Assembly (NCBI GenBank): GCA_002269645.1
Contig: NIVC01001903.1
Span: 1 to 64,000, forward strand
DNA length: 64,000 bases
Reading direction: 5' to 3'
DNA from: Macrostomum lignano
Lineage: Eukaryota
A program made the translations under genes and the position numbers. The notes under the pieces are model-generated. The model was not told the origin of the DNA and searched no databases. It saw only the letters and a list, made by a program, of their open reading frames with translations. Positions within the stretch are counted from its first letter, which is position 1; every line of letters begins with the position of its first letter. Positions 60,582 through 64,000 of this stretch are shown in pieces.

Positions 60582-63500
60582 TGTTACGTCTTTGCACAAA
60601 TCACGTAGTCACTAAGTAAAGCAACTTAGAAGTTTAGTCAGCTCAAGGCTCTGGCTTTTACGCCGTGTGTATTTCTCGCACGTTAGCGTCTAACTTAGCG
60701 AACTGTCTCTCTTTTAATTCAGCTCAACTTCAGCTCGCAGGCTTGCCCATAGACATAGTTCGTACTAAAAGGCATACATATCATTCCTCCTTTTCTTTAA
60801 AAAAAATTGTTCAGTCAAAACAGTTCAGTTCAGTTAATTCGCAACAAAAAAATCCGGTTTCTTCAGTTTTGACCGGTCACGCAAAACACGTTGGTTCGGA
60901 TGCTGTTTCACATCTTGGCCGTCCTTTGGCTTGATATCGAAGCTTGATGACGCGGCTAACTTTCGAGTTTTGTCTATGGCCCGCGAAGACTTGCCAGTCT
61001 GACCATGATGCTCTAGATTTGGTCCCGTCGATTCAGCTTCCTCTTTTGCATCCTTTTTCAACTTGTAGCTATTCTTGGCATTGTGTGCTTGCGTTAGTTC
61101 TGTGTCGAAATCACACTGTGGCTGGGGCACAACTTCGGTTTCAGATTTGATCAGATGATCCACGTGTCGTTTCCAGATTTGTCCGTTGACTTCCACGTGG
61201 TAGGACAGCGGCCCAGTCTGTTTCAACACTTTGGCTTGAGCCCACTTGTTTTCTTTTTCCCTCCTGAAATCAAGAGCTAGCACTATATCTCCAGCCTGAA
61301 ACTCTCGGTGAGGAATATGTTCCCGGCGCATCATCTGCTTACTTTGCGAATCCAGGACTCTCCCGTATGTGTCTGGCTTCAGGAAGTCCAGCCTTGTCCG
61401 TCTTGCATACGCAAGCATCATCTCGGCAGGTGACTTGCCCGTTGTGCTATGAGGCGTGCTTCTATAGCGGAATAGGAAATTGTGCAGGCTCAGCATGGCA
61501 TCACCGTGGCTCTTCATGCCTGCTCTGATCGCATTCTTGGCTGTTTGAACCATTCGCTCACTGAGCCCGTTGGTTCTTGGATGTCCTACAGCACTGAAGA
61601 TGTGATGGATGTTATTTCGCTTGGTGAATTCAGCAAACTCCTGTGATGCAAACTGGCTTCCATTGTCGGTCAGTATCTGTCGAGGTATTCCAAACCGAGC
61701 AAATGTCTCTCGAAAGCGTTGAATGGTGTTCGCGGCACTGGCAACTTTCATTGGAAAAACCTCTACCCATTTTGATGTGGCATCCACGATTACCAACCAA
61801 TTGAATCCGAAACACGGTCCGAAAAAATCTGCCTGAAGTCTCGTCCATGGCTTTTCTGGCCAACTCAACGGGTGAACAGCAGATTCTGGTGGTTTGCTTC
61901 GCTGCAGTTCGCATCCCTTGCATTGTTTCACAGCTCTTTCAATCTGTTGGTCGATTCCCGGAAACCAAACATGCAGGCGAGCGATCAATTTCATCGATAC
62001 AATCCCAGGGTGTCCTTCGTGCAGCAGGTCCAAAACTTGGTGTTGGAGGCTAGATGGAATGATGGCGCGTATACCCCAGAAGATGACTCCCTGCTCAAGA
62101 CAGAGTTCGTTTCCTTTCTGACGGTATATCTCAAACTCAAATTCACATTTCTCCGGCCAACCGTTCTGGCAGAACCTGATTACCTTGCTCAGGATAGGAT
62201 CCCTGGCTGTCTCTCGACGAATCTCGACAGCGGTGATAGACAGTTCTTGAAGTCGACGTTCCATGACTTTGTCCACTCGGGACGTCGAACTTGGCAATGG
62301 CAACCTGGATAACGCATCAGCGTTGCCGTGGTCCTCTGTCTTTCGAAATCTTATCTCGTACTGATGAGCAGAGAGCAAGACTGCCCAACGTTGCAATCTG
62401 CTAGCTGCGATGCTCGGGATGTCCTTCTTTTCTCCGAAAATAGTAATTAGAGGCTTATGGTCTGTTACCAAAATAAACTTGTTCCCGAATAGATACTGAT
62501 GGAACTTCTTGATCCCGAATATGATTGATAGCGCTTCTTTTTCCAGCTGAGAATAATTCTGCTCCGCTGGTGACAGTGTCCTTGATGCGTAACTGATAGG
62601 CAGCTCGGCACCACCTGGCATTGTGTGGGACAGAACACATCCGAGCCCATACTTCGAAGCATCAGTGTGTAGGATGATCGGCTTCTTTGGGTCGAAATGC
62701 ACCAGCAGCCGGTCCGATGTCAGAATTGACTTCACAGAGTCCAAAGCAGCTTGGCACTGACTGCTCCAGCTGAATGTCACATCGTTTCTCAGGAGTCTGT
62801 TGAGTGGCGCCAGAACAGTTGATGAGTTGGGTATGAATTTCCCATAGTAGTTAATAAGTCCAACCAAGGATCGAACCTCGGACACACTGGTAGGATTCGG
62901 TGCGTTTCTCACAGCAATTACCTTGTCAGGAGATGGGTGCAGTCCGTCATTATTGATAATATGACCCATGAATTCTACTTTTTGCAGCCGAAACTTGCAC
63001 TTGTCCTTGTTGAGTCTGACACCCCTGTATTGCAGTGTCTTCAACACTTTATGCAGTTTCTGATCGTGTTCCTCGAGTGACCTTCCCGATATTAGAATAT
63101 CATCGATGTAAGCAACAACTTCCAGTCCACAGAGAATTTTCTCAATCGCTTCTTGGAACTGAGCAGGAGCAGAAGCCAAGCCCATTGTTAGTCGATTGTA
63201 CTGATACAATCCCAAGTGTGTATTGATGGTCGTAAATTTTCTGCTGCTTTCTTCCAACTCCAGCTGCAGAAAAGCTTGAGAAATGTCCAGCTTGGAAAAG
63301 TACTTCCCACCATTCAAAGTAGCAAACATTTCCTCCTGTCGAGGCAGTGGATACTTGTCCACTTCCAGCTGTGGATTAATAGTCCTCTTGAAGTCCGCGC
63401 AGATCCTGATTGATTTCCCATCTTTCTTCAGCACTGGCACAATGGGAGAAGCACAATCTGATGAACTCAGCTTTGATATGATCCCTTCGTTGACAAGGTT

Positions 63501-64000
63501 ATTGAGTTCGTCCTCAATAAGCTTCTTCATTGCAAACGGTACAGGTCTGCTCTTGTGAAACTTCGGACAGTAATCCTCACGAACAATGATCCTTGCTTTC
63601 GCGTTGTTGATGAGTCCGAGTCCAGACGAAAACACCTCCGGGTAAGCCTCAAAGATGGATTTTGGTGAAAAGGTGCTTCCAATTTCAGCCACGTGGACAA
63701 CCTTCTGCCAATCCAGCTTAAGGATATTCAGCCAGTCCCTTCCTAGCAAATTCGATCCGTTGCCCTTAACCACCAAAACTTTCAGCTTATGCTGCAGTCC
63801 TCCATGAGTGACTTCGACTAGAGCTTCACCGAGCGTCGGAATTGCATGGTTCGAGTAACTAAACAGTCGCGTTGACGTCTTGCTCAGCTCCAACCCAATA
63901 TCCTTGTAGCAATGCTCGTTGATTAGCGTTCTGTCGGCTCCTGTATCGATGTTGAACTCAACATTTGTACCTTGCAGCTTGATAACACACCTGTATGGAG
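60582..64000 (-). mobile_element. Gypsy (Mag-like) LTR retrotransposon, 3' part: 202-bp 3' LTR (60582-60783), PPT (60784-60798), pol
   Basis: TGATATG...GTAACA LTR, PPT AAAGAAAAGGAGGAA, inserted in a 21-bp repeat (cctgtctacctcatctccctc), antisense in a DZANK1 intron. Confidence 0.92.
60834..63998 (-). CDS. pol: Uninterrupted Pol (protease DTG, RT YIDD, RNase H, integrase HHCC/DDE); frame open to the window edge
   Basis: 1019-aa ORF plus upstream NIDTGADRTLINE in the same frame with no stop. Confidence 0.95.
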   Translation of the reverse strand, partial: PYRCVIKLQGTNVEFNIDTGADRTLINEHCYKDIGLELSKTSTRLFSYSNHAIPTLGEALVEVTHGGLQHKLKVLVVKGNGSNLLGRDWLNILKLDWQKVVHVAEIGSTFSPKSIFEAYPEVFSSGLGLINNAKARIIVREDYCPKFHKSRPVPFAMKKLIEDELNNLVNEGIISKLSSSDCASPIVPVLKKDGKSIRICADFKRTINPQLEVDKYPLPRQEEMFATLNGGKYFSKLDISQAFLQLELEESSRKFTTINTHLGLYQYNRLTMGLASAPAQFQEAIEKILCGLEVVAYIDDILISGRSLEEHDQKLHKVLKTLQYRGVRLNKDKCKFRLQKVEFMGHIINNDGLHPSPDKVIAVRNAPNPTSVSEVRSLVGLINYYGKFIPNSSTVLAPLNRLLRNDVTFSWSSQCQAALDSVKSILTSDRLLVHFDPKKPIILHTDASKYGLGCVLSHTMPGGAELPISYASRTLSPAEQNYSQLEKEALSIIFGIKKFHQYLFGNKFILVTDHKPLITIFGEKKDIPSIAASRLQRWAVLLSAHQYEIRFRKTEDHGNADALSRLPLPSSTSRVDKVMERRLQELSITAVEIRRETARDPILSKVIRFCQNGWPEKCEFEFEIYRQKGNELCLEQGVIFWGIRAIIPSSLQHQVLDLLHEGHPGIVSMKLIARLHVWFPGIDQQIERAVKQCKGCELQRSKPPESAVHPLSWPEKPWTRLQADFFGPCFGFNWLVIVDATSKWVEVFPMKVASAANTIQRFRETFARFGIPRQILTDNGSQFASQEFAEFTKRNNIHHIFSAVGHPRTNGLSERMVQTAKNAIRAGMKSHGDAMLSLHNFLFRYRSTPHSTTGKSPAEMMLAYARRTRLDFLKPDTYGRVLDSQSKQMMRREHIPHREFQAGDIVLALDFRREKENKWAQAKVLKQTGPLSYHVEVNGQIWKRHVDHLIKSETEVVPQPQCDFDTELTQAHNAKNSYKLKKDAKEEAESTGPNLEHHGQTGKSSRAIDKTRKLAASSSFDIKPKDGQDVKQHPNQRVLRDRSKLKKPDFFVAN

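Overview
Eukaryotic (animal) genomic DNA, not prokaryotic. GC-rich exons, GT-AG introns filled with minisatellites and many LTR elements suggest a flatworm such as Macrostomum (inference only, not provable from the sequence). Layout: 323-17181 is a head-to-tail Ty3/Gypsy dimer (LTR-internal-LTR-internal-LTR, minus strand, 4-bp TSD AATA). It is followed by a second LTR remnant, a nested hAT, and GIPC exon 1. 22.7-31.7 kb holds a tandem cluster of intronless, divergent cation-type Cys-loop receptor genes (three full, one fragment). Then come a solo LTR in a (TATTC)n tract, a TRIM2/3-like NHL gene (4 exons), further LTR and MITE elements, a complete 4-exon parkin, DZANK1 (8 exons seen) and an open-frame Mag-like Gypsy pol in a DZANK1 intron. 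Best leads: (1) the receptor cluster lacks acetylcholine-binding residues and shows homogenised pore-coding DNA, reminiscent of cephalopod chemotactile receptors; (2) LTRs carry stacked tRNA-Leu PBS + LTR-end modules; (3) the parkin lacks the REP Trp and the RING0 phospho-Ubl pocket; (4) a MEF2 + bZIP composite recurs in unrelated LTRs, with covarying palindromes; (5) intronic minisatellites are built from splice signals. Caveat: many single-base losses in short homopolymers, even in conserved host genes, point to long-read consensus errors, so frameshifts are not taken as pseudogenisation. All alignments were done by eye.
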